This document shows positions 1 through 13,727 of a stretch of DNA of 64,000 nucleotides, piece by piece. The position numbers were made by a program, and so were the translations under genes. Where the stretch lies: contig CM119265.1 of NCBI GenBank assembly GCA_051294375.1, positions 9,431,126 to 9,495,125 of the forward strand, given 5' to 3'. The first letter of the stretch is position 1. Every line of letters starts with the position of its first letter. This stretch comes from Paraspadella gotoi (taxonomy: Eukaryota; Animalia; Chaetognatha). The notes beneath the pieces are model-generated. The model saw only the letters and a list, made by a program, of their open reading frames with translations. It did no database searches and was not told the origin of the DNA.

Positions 1-40
1 CTACTGATATTTAAATATTAATATAAACGTATTTGTTCAG

Positions 41-510
41 AATTAACGACTGCAAAACGGAGATCGTGGTCGACCGCGTCTTCGATCCCATCGACGGCTG
101 CGATGACGGAGATGATGAGTACAAACTCTTCTTCGATTACATGAAAGACATGGAGAACCAAGGACAGTGTCGCTACGCCGCCTACGACTTCAAGTGAGTA
201 GAAGTTATGAAGTTTTTAATGTTGTAAGTCGACTTATACTTAGTTATGCACTCTTATAACCTTTGTTACCTCCTCCCCCCCTCCCTCAAACAGATACACG
301 ATCAGCGACGGGTCGAGACGCAAAAAGCTCATCTTCATTAACTTTTGCCCGGACACTTGCACGGTCAAGCCCAAGATGCTGTACTCTTCTTCAAAAGATG
401 CCCTCAAGGCCAGTCTCAGGGGCTGCATGCCCTTCCAGGCCAACGGGATCGAAGATTTGGAGAAGTGCGAGGTTGCCTGCAAGTGTAAAGAAAATACCAC
501 CTACGGTTGA
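41..510 (+). CDS. ADF/cofilin family actin-depolymerising factor, last two coding exons (41-193, 294-510); 5' part lies outside the window
   Basis: Exons are bounded by ttcag| ... |gtgagt and aaacag|. The spliced translation INDCKTEIVVDRVF...QGQCRYAAYDFK-YTISDGSRRKKLIFINFCPDTCTVKPKMLYSSSKDALKASLRG..FQAN..EDL.. ends at TGA 508-510 and carries the ADF-H motifs CRYAxYDF, KLxFxxxCPD and KMLYSSSKDALK. Confidence 0.93.
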
Positions 511-1147
511 AAAAAAAGTATTATGAGTATCGATCGGCCTCCTTTTTCTTACTCATTCTCTCCCCCCGTCCCTCATGGGGACGAACTTTCGCGGAAAGTC
601 TCTGCGGGGAGGGAATGGGTAGGGGGGTTTTTCTAAATATCGATCGGCTTCTGAAAGTGTCTATACACGGCACTTCCCCCTCGCTTGCGTTATTTTAGAG
701 AACAAAATGATTATCGTTACTATTATTATTATTATTATTATTTTCTGTATTCGCGTTCCCATCGTGTTTTTGGTTTCAGACTTTCCGTTTACTCTTTTTT
801 TTTTTGAGATTTTTTTTTCAGACTTTCGGTTTTATAAGTAAATTATCGCTTAGAACGCTTCCTTTTTTGTGTACACCAAAGTTTTATATTATTATTTAAT
901 TTTATAAAGATTCGACATTCCGTTTTTTTTTTAACCAAAAAAGTTCTTCCACTTATGTAATTTGTATTTTTTTTATTTTTTATTTTTGGTTCTAAGAATC
1001 ATTTTTAATGCATTGGAGATTCGGTTTACGTAGGTGGGGGGTATATGTGATTATTCGGTAAACCAAATATGCTAATGCCCAATAGTAAAAATAATTCCAA
1101 TCCTTATTTTTTCCTTGCGTTCTCGTAATGGTTTGTTATGATAATTA

Positions 1148-1153
1148 AATAAA
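1148..1153 (+). terminator. Candidate polyadenylation signal of the cofilin gene
   Basis: AATAAA after a T-rich 3' UTR, followed by T-rich sequence. Confidence 0.4.
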
Positions 1154-2904
1154 AAGATGCGTCCAAATTGAAATTTGTTCAATTCTCTTTATTTTTATTG
1201 CTGTCCTAATCTAGCCAGTTAGTCAGAAGTTTGTCAATAAGGTTAGAAAAATATAGTCACGTGTGTCATCATCATCAACGCAAGATGTGTAAACTAAGTA
1301 TCATATCTTTCTCGCTGTTCACGATACAGCGTGTTTTGGACCGTAGACCCAAATGGGCCAACTTCTCCATCGAATTATGAAAAAAATAACTTCTCAGTCA
1401 CGATTTTCTTTGGTCTCAATTTTTTCCTCCCTTAACTCGGAATCTCCGTTCATTCATCCATTCACATTCGCGCCGTCCTCTTTCGATATAAACTTCATCA
1501 TTCATGATCAACCTCTTTCTTTCTCTCTCCGCGCGACGCTGCCCCTTCGACGAGATGAGGAGCGGAGCGTCATCCAACGGGAGGAGGAAGCGGACCACGC
1601 GTCGTCGCCCCTCGATTCGTGTCACCGCCCGTCGCGCTCGTCAAAAAAAAAAAAAGAAAACTGATGGAGAAAGAAAGAATTTGAGGCGTAGGAAACTTGA
1701 GCTGCTTGAAATTTTTTTTTTTAAAAAAAGTGGAGGAAAAGCCATCGTCTAAAAAGTGGAAACTGTGCACGTTGCGCGGGATCGCGTGCGACGAATTGTC
1801 GCGTAGGCGCGCACATGCGACGTTGATAAGGATCGTCGCTTTTTTTTTCGTGCCCTAACCGAAGGGACATCTGCTCTTAAAATACATGGATTTCTGTCGT
1901 TGCAAGAACGGAACTCGGTGTCAACCAACTTCCCTTTTCGTGGGCAATTTTTGCTTCGAAGCTTTGGCGCGATTTACGATTAGACCGACGAAAGGCGCGG
2001 TCTGGTTTGGTGACGTTTATTTTTAGGGGAACGTTCCTGAAAAAATATTTTTACATCTTGACTGACCAAACATCATTCTCGACATATCAGAATATGCATT
2101 AATTATCCTCTTCTAATTCAGAGGGGCTTACCGGACCTGAATTCAAAGCATTGTGACAGTACATTCACACCGCCTCACGACCATAATCGTTCAGCCAATC
2201 CCATTGGCTCAGAGGGGGAACACACCATCCCAGGCGTAGTGTTCTCTCCGCAGTTCTAACGACTTCCTTCTGCGTTGGCAAAGCGAGACCGTCCTAGGGT
2301 AACTGCGTCGGCGACTGGAGACGTCATTGAGGGTCGGAACTTGGAAGCCCCCAAAGCCACCATTGATATGACCCATCCCAATGGGCATCACAGGCAACCC
2401 TACTGTTACCATACCATATTTCGATAGGAGTTGAATCAGATGCATTGTCTTCAGTTAATAAAATTGATAAGCGTTTTGGATGATTAATAGTTGTCATCGT
2501 ATTTATCAACTCATTTTTCTCCTCTTCCGTCTCCCCTTCTCGCGCTTTTCGCCGCAAGGAAAAACCGACAAAGAGGCGCGAATGACTTATTCATTTCAAC
2601 GCATCGAAATCTCGCAGAGTTCGGGACGAAGCAAAGTTTTTTTTTCTCTCCGCGCGAAGTGAATCACCCGCGTTCCGATCGTCTCTCTCTCGCGCGCGCT
2701 CCCGTAAAGTCGCGTGAGCAGGCGGCTTTAAAAAAAAAAAAAGTTTTCGCGCGATTATAAGGCATATCCTTTGGAGAGTAATTTATAATACATATGTAAA
2801 TAATAAAGTTTTCTAGCACTTTTGTAAAAAAAAATTTTCTTTCAAATCTTGACACAGAAACTATTTTTTCCGGAATATTTTTTTGACCCCCCACCGACGC
2901 GATA

Positions 2905-2998
2905 ATGGGGAACGACCGCGGTTGGATTCCCGCCTTCATCGCGCTCCTCTCGATTTTCGATCCTCTTGTCAACGCGGTTTACCTCGACGGAACCCTGG
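2905..2998 (+). CDS. N1 exon 1, signal peptide
   Basis: ATG at 2905; hydrophobic core WIPAFIALLSIF; VNA-V cleavage-like site; YLDGTL matches FTDGTL of N2; phase-1 donor G|gtaagt. Confidence 0.8.
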
Positions 2999-5900
2999 GT
3001 AAGTCGATAGGTGTTAATATCGATTAACGATCAATCTAAATATTCGTAATATCTCGTCAATTTTTAAATTATACGCCAGTAGTGGCCATTTCTACCATCC
3101 TGTGGCTGATCAGCTTCATCCGTGATTTGCAATACGCCGGCCTTTGTTTAAAATTAGAATACTGACAAAGTTTAATAATAAAGTGGCGGAAAAGGAGAAA
3201 ACATGCATTGCAATCGCTGTAGCGACTGCAGCGTAGAAAGTCGGATGTTTAAAACAAATAATTATCCACCGTAATATCGATTTTATTATCTGCGTCGTTC
3301 CACGCGTCATTTCACGTTATATCATCCATTAATTAGTCAAAAATCATTAACCGAATGCCCAAACCAAGAAAAAGGCTTTTTTTAAGAAATGGAAAGCGTT
3401 AAATTCACGTGATTTGCTCCTCTTAACGATCCCCGCCACGCCTCACCCAACGTTCGATCTCATTCACGAATTCCTCGCGGAGTGAGTCACTTCCACCTCG
3501 ATTCACATTTCTCACACGATTCCTTTTCTCTCTTTTTTTTTCCTCTAATGATCAGGTCCATTTCCGTTTCTCAGAAATCACGCGACCTTTCGTTTCTTTC
3601 TTTCGACGCGGCGAAGGATGTGACTTCTCAAGGCCGTTTGCCGTGAGACGGAATTGTTGTCGTTGTTATTACGGGTCCTAAGTTATCTGTAGTAAATTTT
3701 CGCAACAGATGAGTATAAATGTTCTTTTTTGTCTTAATTTATGTACAGTTTCGAAAGAAAACTAAACTTTATATCTTTTCTTATAGAAACCTCCGCCCTA
3801 AAGCCAGCTTAGAATCCTCTCAACCTTAACACCCCCCCCCCCATTTATTTGGAGCAGCGAAGGCCGTTTCGTCTTCCTCGTTAAAGACCGCGCGAGTCGT
3901 GAGCTCGAATATGCAAATTAGTGTGAGCGGCGATTATTATGTGTGGGTCGAGTTTCCTGCTAAATCTCCGAATCGGACGAAGAGGTCCCGCGGTCTCAAC
4001 TCGCTTTTCAGAGACTTCCAAATATGGATCGGGGCTAGAGCGGTGTCTGTGAATCTCTAAGAGTTGGTGAAGATCTCACAAACTGACACGGAGATCCTTC
4101 ACGCCTTTTTTGGACGTAATGACTCACTCGGACAATAGATGAGGCTCCGGAGATGTTTTAAGTTCTGAACGGTGATGATTTTTACGAGGTGGAATCGAAT
4201 CAGTTGAAAAAAAATTTCGGTGTTCGTTTTCTCATATTTTATATGTTTTAAGAATAAATGTTTTTCGTATACATTTACAAATGTTTATATGCATATGGAG
4301 GCGAGCTGTCCTAAGTCCCGAGACAATATAGTTATTTTATTTAATGACAATATATTTATACCGCTATTGAATGGTTTACAATTTTCAAATAGCACATTTC
4401 TTTGAATTATTTCAGTAGATCCACGCATCTTAGAAAGCTTAGATTCACTTACCGCTACTTAATGTTTGAAATTAAGGCAATACGTATTTTTTTGCTGTTA
4501 AAGATTTTTAAAAAAATGATTTTCTTTCTTGCTGTTTTTCTTCCTGTTTACTACTCTTTACTCCCACATCTCTCCTTTTTTCCCCCCTAAGTTCTCTCGT
4601 ATTTTATAACCCTTTTCTTGTTTTTTCCTTTTTCCCTTTCGATCGTTGTTTTGGGATAACTCTGGATGTTTTTGATCTTATGTTCAAAGCCAGTATCGTT
4701 AAAACAGAGGAAATATTGGATTGAAAGTTATCCGAATTCGGTCCTTTTCTTCTTCTTTCGTTTTACAGAGTTGAACGTTTTTTGTTGTAGATGTGACTTG
4801 GGCCTTTTTAAGCCCTCCGCTGGCGCCTTCACAGTTTTCTTTTTAATATTATTTTGTTCGCCTGACTATTAGCGGATAAAAGAAAGTACACCTTTGTTGT
4901 TGAAGAGGAATAAGTTCCATATCCAGCAGGTAAGATTAATTAGCCGCCATATAATCCATGACTTAACGAGAACTTAAAATAGGTTATATTGAACAAGTCA
5001 ACGGTTTGTCCTTTTGAGTAATGTTTCCTCCTGCACTTCTTCTTGAAGCATTTTTTTTCTGCAATCTTTTTGCACCTTTTCCATCGGATTCTCCTGACCC
5101 CCAAGGGGCTCACCTCGAGTACCGAAGTTGGAACCCTCAGCTCACTAAACGGTTCCATATCGTTTCAAATTCAAAACGACGAAGCTCATTCAGGAATTCA
5201 TCTTTATACACGGACGAACAGAATGGAGATTTCGACTTTTTTCAAGGTTATTTTTTGGTTCATTAATGTTCATTCGATTTATTTTCAATGCATTCCTTTT
5301 GTTGACATGTGACCTTTAAAATTATTCATATATATTTTATTTGTGTTGAAATTTTCTTTCACTTGGGCGAACATCTTAAATGGGAAAACATACGTTTTTA
5401 TTCTCTGAAACAGTTTTTGGATTTATGTATTTAAAAAAGTGGAGATGCGGGGGGATTGAAACCTCCGGAACTTCTCAANNNNNNNNNNNNNNNNNNNNNN
5501 NNNNNNNNNNNNNNNNNNNNNNNNNNNNNNNNNNNNNNNNNNNNNNNNNNNNNNNNNNNNNNNNNNNNNNNNNNNNNNNNNNNNNNNNNNNNNNNNNNNN
5601 NNNNNNNNNNNNNNNNNNNNNNNNNNNNNNNNNNNNNNNNNNNNNNNNNNNNNNNNNNNNNNNNNNNNNNNNNNNNNNNNNNNNNNNNNNNNNNNNNNNN
5701 NNNNNNNNNNNNNNNNNNNNNNNNNNNNNNNNNNNNNNNNNNNNNNNNNNNNNNNNNNNNNNNNNNNNNNNNNNNNNNNNNNNNNNNNNNNNNNNNNNNN
5801 NNNNNNNNNNNNNNNNNNNNNNNNNNNNNNNNNNNNNNNNNNNNNNNNNNNNNNNNNNNNNNNNNNNNNNNNNNNNNNNNNNNNNNNNNNNNNNNNNNNN

Positions 5901-8900
5901 NNNNNNNNNNNNNNNNNNNNNNNNNNNNNNNNNNNNNNNNNNNNNNNNNNNNNNNNNNNNNNNNNNNNNNNNNNNNNNNNNNNNNNNNNNNNNNNNNNNN
6001 NNNNNNNNNNNNNNNNNNNNNNNNNNNNNNNNNNNNNNNNNNNNNNNNNNNNNNNNNNNNNNNNCATGCGAAGCGAGCGCTCTACCACTGAGCTACATCC
6101 CCGATGACGTAAACGACGTAACTCAACTAGACCAATTGCAGGTGGCGTTGCACGAAGGAACCGTTCACGCCGAAATCAATTTGGGTCACGGGATTCACAG
6201 AATCGATGTGGGCAAAGAATTGGGAGACGGAAAGGTGAGAGAGAGAGAGAGAGAGAGAAAGAGAAAGAGCTGATCTCCTTTTTTTTATTTCAGTGGCATC
6301 ACGTGGAACTAGCGCGCAACGACATAGAGACTCGGCTCTCGGTCGACGATCTCTTCGAGGCGCAACACTCCTACGGAGATGAGCATCACTTCGGGGACTC
6401 CAGGTCCGTCTTTTTTCATTCATTCTCAATCAATCAATTCATTGTTTCATTCATTTTTATTATATATCATTTTATTCACTTTAATTTCCTTTGTTAGATC
6501 TGAAAATAGATTTTAATCGAAGCGAGATTCATATCAGATCTCCGATCATAGTCTGGAATCTTGAGCTTAATTATAATTGTGATTGAAATGGCATACTATG
6601 TCAATTAAGATGCCTTAACTTTCCCTAAATCAAAACACCCTCACTTCGATAGACAGCCATTCAAGCCCACAGCAACCCCTTGTCCCTACTGGTAAAACCT
6701 GGACGCTATTATCCATTATCCATTTCAAAATTTATGAGATTAAATTGACGCATTTTATTGTTTTAACTGGAGTCGAATCTGAAGCTTTACAGTTGACCCG
6801 GATCGAGATTAAACCCGCATGTCGTTAGGCGTCGCCCGTTAATAAAATGTCTCTTAGTTTGTAACCGGAACGATAATCCATTNNNNNNNNNNTATATTAT
6901 GTCTAAAAGCTCTTTCAGTTGATTCATAATATTCCGATCATCTTTTTTTTTTATCGTCGCACGGTGGAAATAAATTTATCTGACGAACAATCTCTTTAGA
7001 TTTTATCGTCGTCGTCGTCGTCGTCGTCGTCCTTGTCGATTTTGTCTCAGTCTCAGAGAACCCTCGATTCCAATCTGCTCTGGTTACGCCGAATATGGTA
7101 ACGATTCTGACTAACATTCAGAGTGAGCGAACCGCGAATATTTGAGCGTCGACATTGTTTAAGATTTTCGTGGCATTTTGAGTCATTCTGACAGAAAGAA
7201 AAATATCGAGGATTCTGTCAGTTTTGAGGTGGAATCGAATCAGTGAAAAAATTTCGGTTTCGTTTTTTTTTGTTTTTTTTTTAAAGAATAAATGTATTCT
7301 ATACATTACAAATGTTTTATATGCAATACGAGCCTGTCCTAAGTCCCGAGCAAAATAGCTTATTTATTAAATGAACAGATAATTTTATACGTATTGATGG
7401 TTACAATTTCAAACACATTTTTGAATTATTTCAGTAGATCCTTAGAAAAGCTTAGATTCACTTACCTACTTTAATGTTTTGAATTCAATACGTATTTTTT
7501 TGCTGTTAAATTTTTAAAAAATGATTTTCTTTCTTGCTTTTTTCTTCCTTTTCTTTTATTCTCTGTTTTTCCTCCCCCTAGTTCTCTCGTATTTTATACC
7601 CTTTCTGTTTTTTCCTTTCCCTCGATTGAATTTTTGGGATAATCTGGAAATGTTTTTGATTTCATGTCAAACAGTCGTTAAACAGAGGAAAATTGATGTG
7701 AAAAGTTATCCGAATTCGGTCCTTTTTTTTTATTTTAAAGTTAAAATTTTTTTTAGATGTATGGCTTTTACCCGCTGGCGCCTTCACAGTTTTCTTTTAA
7801 TATTATTTTTGTTCGCTGACTATTAGCGGATAAAAGAAAGTCACCTTTTTGAAGAGGAATAAGTCCCATATCCAGAGGTTTAGATAATTAGCCGATATAT
7901 CATGACTTAACGAGAACTAAAATAGTTATATTGAACAACGGTTGTCCTTTTGAAGTAATTTTTACGAGGTGGGAATCGAATCAGTGAAAACAATTTCGGT
8001 GTTCGTTTTCTTTTTTTTTTTTTTTTTAAGAATAAAATGTTTTTCTATACATTACAAATGTTTAATATGCAATGAGGGAAGCCTGTCCTAAGTCCCGAGC
8101 GAAATATAGCTTTTTTATTTAAATGAACAATAATTTTATACGTATTGAATGGTTTACAATTTCAAACACATTTTTGAATTATTTCAGTAGATCCGATTTA
8201 GAAAAGCTTAGATTCACTTACCGTACTTTAAATGTTTGAAACTTAAGAATGAATTCAATACGTATTTTTTTGCTGTTAAATTTTTAAAAAAATGATTTCT
8301 CTTTCTTGCTGTTTTTCTTCCTTTTCTTTTATTTCTCTCTGTTTTTCTCCCCCCTAGTTCTCTCGTATTTTATACCCTTTTCTGTTTTTTTTCTTTCCCT
8401 TTCATCGTTGATTTTGGGATAACTTCTGGAAATGTTTTTGATTTCATGTCAACCAGTCGTTAAACAGAGGAAATTTGGATGTGAAGTTATCCGAATTCGG
8501 TCCTTTTTTTTTTTTTTTAATTTAGTTAATTTTTTTTTAGAAGTGTGTACTTGGGTTTACCTGCTGGCGCCTTCACAGTTTTCTTTTAATATTATTTTTT
8601 GTTCGCTGACTATTAGCGGATAAAAGAAAGCCACCTTTTTGAAGAGGAATATATCCATATCCAAGAGGTAAGATAATTAGCCGGATATATCATGACTTAA
8701 CGAGAATAATAAATAGTTATATTGAACAAGACGGTTGTCCTTTTGAAGTAATGTTTCCTCCGCACTCTTCTTGAGCATTTTTTTTCTTGATCTTTGACCT
8801 TTTCTCGTCATTCTCTGACCCCAGGGGCCTCACCTCAAGTACCCGAAGTGGAACCCTCGCCACAACGGTTCCATATCGTTTCAATTCAAAACACGAAGCT

Positions 8901-9353
8901 CATTCAGGAATTCTCTTTACACGGACGACAAATGGAGATTTCGACTTTTTCAAGGTTATTTTTTGGATTCATTAATTTATTCGATTTATTTCATCATTCT
9001 TTTGTTACATGTACCTTTAAATTATTCATATATAATTTTATTTAGGTTGAAATTTCTTGGGCGAACTCTTAAATGGGAAAACATAGACTTTTTTATTCTC
9101 TGAAAGTTTTTGATTATGTATTTAAAAAATGTGGAGATGCGGGGATTGAACCCCGGACTTCTCACATGCGAAGCGAGCGCTCTACCACTGAGCTACATCC
9201 CCGATGACGTAAACGACGTAACTCAACTAGAACCAATTTGCAGGGTGGCGTTGCACGAAGGAACCGTTCACGCCGAAATCAATTTGGGTCACGGGATTAC
9301 AGAACATCGATTGTGGGCAAGGAATTGGGAGACGGAAGAGAGAGAGAGAGTGT

Positions 9354-9384
<31 letters not shown>

Positions 9385-11012
9385 AGAGGCTGATCTCCTT
9401 TTTTTTTTATTTCAGTGGCATCACGTGGAACTAGCGCGCAAACGACATAGAGACTCGGCTCTCGGTCGACGATCTCTTCGAGGCGCAACACTCCTACGGA
9501 GATGAGCATCACTTCGGGACTCCAGGTCCGTCTTTTTTCATTCATTCTCACATCAATCAATTCATGTTCATTCATTTTTTATTATAATATCATTTTATTT
9601 CACTGTTTAATTTCCTTTTTAGATCTGAAAATAGATTTTAATCGAAGCGCCAGATTCATATCAAGATCTCCGATCATGTCTGGAATCTTGAGCTTAATTA
9701 TAATTGTGATTGAAATGGCATACTATGTCAATTTAGGATGCCTTAACTTTCCCTAAATCAAACACCCCTCACTCTCGTTAGACAGCCATTTCAAGCCCGA
9801 CACAGCAACCCTTTTGTCCTACTGGTGTAAAAGCCTGGACGCCATTATCCATTATCCATTTCAAAATTTAATGAGATTAAATTGTACGACATTTTATTGT
9901 TTTCATCACTGGAGTCGAATCTGAAGCTTTACAGTTGACCCGGATCGAGATTTAAACCGCATGTCGTTAGGCGTGTCGCCCGTTAATAAAATGTCTCGTT
10001 AGTTTGTGTAACCTCCTAGTAAACGATAATCCGATTAACATTTAGGAACGATAATCCATTAACGATTAGGACCGTTCACCGCGATGATTACTTTTGCGAT
10101 GACAATGAAAAAACTGAGATTGTAGCCGATTTTTTAGTCATCTAGCTTGTTGATTATTTGGTGATATTAATTTTGATTATTAAAGGTTACCTACTAAGTA
10201 TTAGTAACCTAATTCTTTTCTTGCTTGTAAAAGTGGAGATGCGGGGGTTTGAAACGCCGGGAGCTGGTGCGTCAGACATATGCGAAGCGAGCGCTGCTGA
10301 CCGACTGAAGCACATCCCCCGTGTAGGCTTTAAAACCGTTTCGTTAAAAGAATAAATTTTTAAATTAACGATATATAATATAATATTTGTTTTNNNNNNN
10401 NNNNNNNNNNNNNNNNNNCTAATGTTTCCTCCTGCACTCTTCTTTGACGCATTTTTTCTGATCTTTGACCTTTTCTCATTCTCTGACCCCAGGGCCTCAC
10501 CTCAAGTACCCGAAGTGGAACCCTGCCACCAACGGTTCCATATCGTTTCAATTCAAAACCGAAGCTCATTCAGGAATTCTCTTTTACACGGATCGACAAT
10601 GGAGATTTCGACTTTTTCAAGGTTATTTTTTGGATTCATTAATTATTCGATTTATTTCATGATTCTTTTGTTACATGTTACCTTTAAATATTCATATATA
10701 ATTTTATTTGGTTGAAATTTTCTTCGAGCGAACTCTTAAATGGGAAAACATGACTTATTGTTCTCTGAAAGTTTTTGATTTAGTATTTAAAAAAGTGGAG
10801 ATGCCGGGGATTGAACCCCCGGACTCTTCTCACATGCGAAGCGAGCGTCTACCACTGAGCTACATCCCCGATGACGTAAACGCCGTACTCAACTAGACCA
10901 ATTTGCAGGTGGCGTTGCACGAAGGAACGTTCACGCCGAAATCAATTTGGGTCACGGGATTCACAGAATCGATGTGTGGGCAAAGAATTGGGAGACGGAA
11001 AGTGAGAGAGAA

Positions 11013-11065
<53 letters not shown>

Positions 11066-13686
11066 AGAAAGAGAAAGAGAAAGAGAAAGAGAAAGAGCTG
11101 ATCTCCTTTTTTTTATATTTCAGTGGCATCACGTGGAACTAGCGCGCAACGACATAGAGACTCGGCTCTCGGTCGACGATCTCTTCGAGGCGCAACACTC
11201 CTACGGAGATGAGCATCACTTCGGGGACTCCAGGTCCGTCTTTTTTCATTTCATTCTCACATCAATCAATTCATTGTTTTCATTCATTTTTATTATATAT
11301 CATTTTATTCACTTTAATTTCCTTTGTTAGATCTGAAAATAGATTTTAATCGAAGCGAGGATTCATTATCAGATCTCCGATCATAGGTCTGGAATCTTGA
11401 GCTTAATTAGTAATTGTGATTGAAATGGCATACGTATGTCAATTTAAGGATGCCTTAACTTTCCCTAAATCAAACACCCTCGCACCTCGATTAGACAGCC
11501 ATTCAAGCCCACAGCAACCCCTTGTCCCTACTGGTGTAAAACCTGGACGCTATTATCCATTATCCATTTCAAAATTTATTAGAATTAAATTGACGCATTT
11601 TATTGTTTTAACTGGAGTCGAATCTGAAGCTTTACAGTTGACCCGATCGAGATTTAACCGCATGTCGTTAGGCGGTCGCCCGTTAATAAAATGTCTCTTA
11701 GTTTGTTAACCGCGGAACGATAATCATTAACGTTAGGAACGTATAATCCATTAACGATTGGAACGTAATTCCATTACGATTAGGACTTCACCGCGATGAT
11801 TACTTTTGCGTGTGACATGTAAACTGAGAAAAACTGAGATTGTAGCCGATTTTTTATCATCTTGCTTGTTGATTATTTGGTGCATATTAATTTTGATTAT
11901 GTAAAGGTTACTACTAAGTATTAGTTAACCTAGTTCTTTTCTTGCTTGTAAAAGTGGAGATGCGGGGGTTTGGAACCCCGGGACTTCTCACATTAGCGAA
12001 GCGAGCGCTCTGACCACTAAGAGCTACATCCCCGTGTAGTTTACTTTGGTAAAAAGAATAAATTTAATTAACATATATATATAATACTTTTTTTTCTGAA
12101 AGTGAAAACCAAGCAAACAATAAATGGGCATTGGTTGCAAAAAATTGAGATGATGTGAACTACTATTTAAAGCAAAATAAAATTTTCTGATTGATAATTA
12201 CTTGGGTAATTTGATGATTGTAAAGGGAAGTTTAATTACAACATGAATTTAGTAGAAGGAGACCACGGCAAAAGTCTTCTTCTCACTAACAATTAACGCA
12301 ACGAAACGAAAGGATTAACACAACATGAATTTTTAAAAAAATAATATTCTATTCGGGAAACAGCTTCCTGGAGATACAGGGATTTTGAAGCCCGCCCGGA
12401 CTTTCTGCATGCGAAGCGAGCGCTTCTACCACTGAGCTAATCCCAGAATTTTAGATTTTTTGACTAATTTTTAACCCCCCCAAAATCCCCAAATTTTATC
12501 ATTCATTGGTAAGTTATAACGAGTTTCAATGACGATTGTAACGAGTTTCAATGAAACGAGTGTAACGAGTTTCAATGAACGATTGTAACGAGTTTCAATG
12601 AAACGTTGTAAATCTCTCTCTTTTTTTTTCTGAAAGTGAAAACCAAGCAAACAATAAATGCGGCATTGGTTGCAAAAAATTGAGATGATGTGAACTACGT
12701 ATTAAAGCAAAATAAATTTTCTGATTGATAATACTTGGGTAATGATGATTGTAAAGGAAGTTAATTACAACATGAATTTTAGTAGAAGAGACGAAAAAGT
12801 CTCTTCTACTAACAATAACGCAACGAAACGAAAGGATTAACACAACATGAATTTTAAAAAATAATATCTATCGGAACAGCTTCCTGGAGATACGGGGATT
12901 TGAACCCCGGACTTCTCGCATGCGAAGCGAGCGCTCTACCACTGAGCTATATCCCCAGGATAGCATGTTTACCATTTTTAACCCCAAAATCCAAAATTTT
13001 ATCATTCATGTAAGTTTATAACGACTTTCAATGAACGATTGTAACGAGTTTCAATGTAACAACGAGTGTAACGAGTTTTCAATGAACGATTGTAACGAGT
13101 TTCAATGAACGATTGTCAACGAAACCGTTCATATGAGATTAACGAGTTTCATGAACGCTATGTAACGAGTTTCCATGAACGATTGTAACGAGTTTCGATG
13201 AATTGTAACGATTTCCATGAACGATTGTAACGAGTTTCAATGAACGTTGTAACGAGTTTCAATGAACATTGTAAACGAGTTTCAATGAACGATTGTAACG
13301 AGTTTCGATGAAACGATTGTAACGAGTTTCAGATGAACGATTGTTACTCGAGTTTTCAATGAACGATTGCAATAACGAGATTTCAATGAACGATTGTAAC
13401 GGAGCTTCAATGAACAGGACGAACAACAAACGTGTTCTTCGGCGTGGACTTCCGCCCGAATACGAAGAATTCGAGAATCAAGAGCTCCTCGCGGGATCCG
13501 GCCACTTTCTACGAACCCAGATTCGTTGGGGAAATTAGGTGGGTCACTTCTTCGCGGAATGGCGGGCGGTGGGAGTGTAGGGCGAGACGACGGGGACGTT
13601 TGTAAACGAGAGAGAGAAGAGGAAGGAGAGAGAAGGGAGAGAGAGAGAGAGAGAGACGAGAGAGAGAGAGAGAAGAGAGAGAGAGA

Positions 13687-13727
<41 letters not shown>

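Larger units (their letters stand above)
4170..13020. repeat. Tandem near-identical repeat block: ~4170-6880, ~7225-7955 (partial), ~7960-10390, ~10420-12090, then ~12090-12610 and ~12620-13020
   Basis: The same intron, exon A/B/C and tRNA sequence recurs. Copies differ mostly by 1-2 nt indels and are separated by N-gaps. Confidence 0.9.

Noticed and set aside
5380-6273. Long ORFs spanning N-gaps (also 28934-29628)
   Set aside because: They are open only because N codons contain no stops.
13020-13417. CRISPR-like array of 23-bp repeats
   Set aside because: Units are head-to-tail with no unique spacers, no cas genes are present, and the context is a eukaryotic intron; it is a minisatellite.
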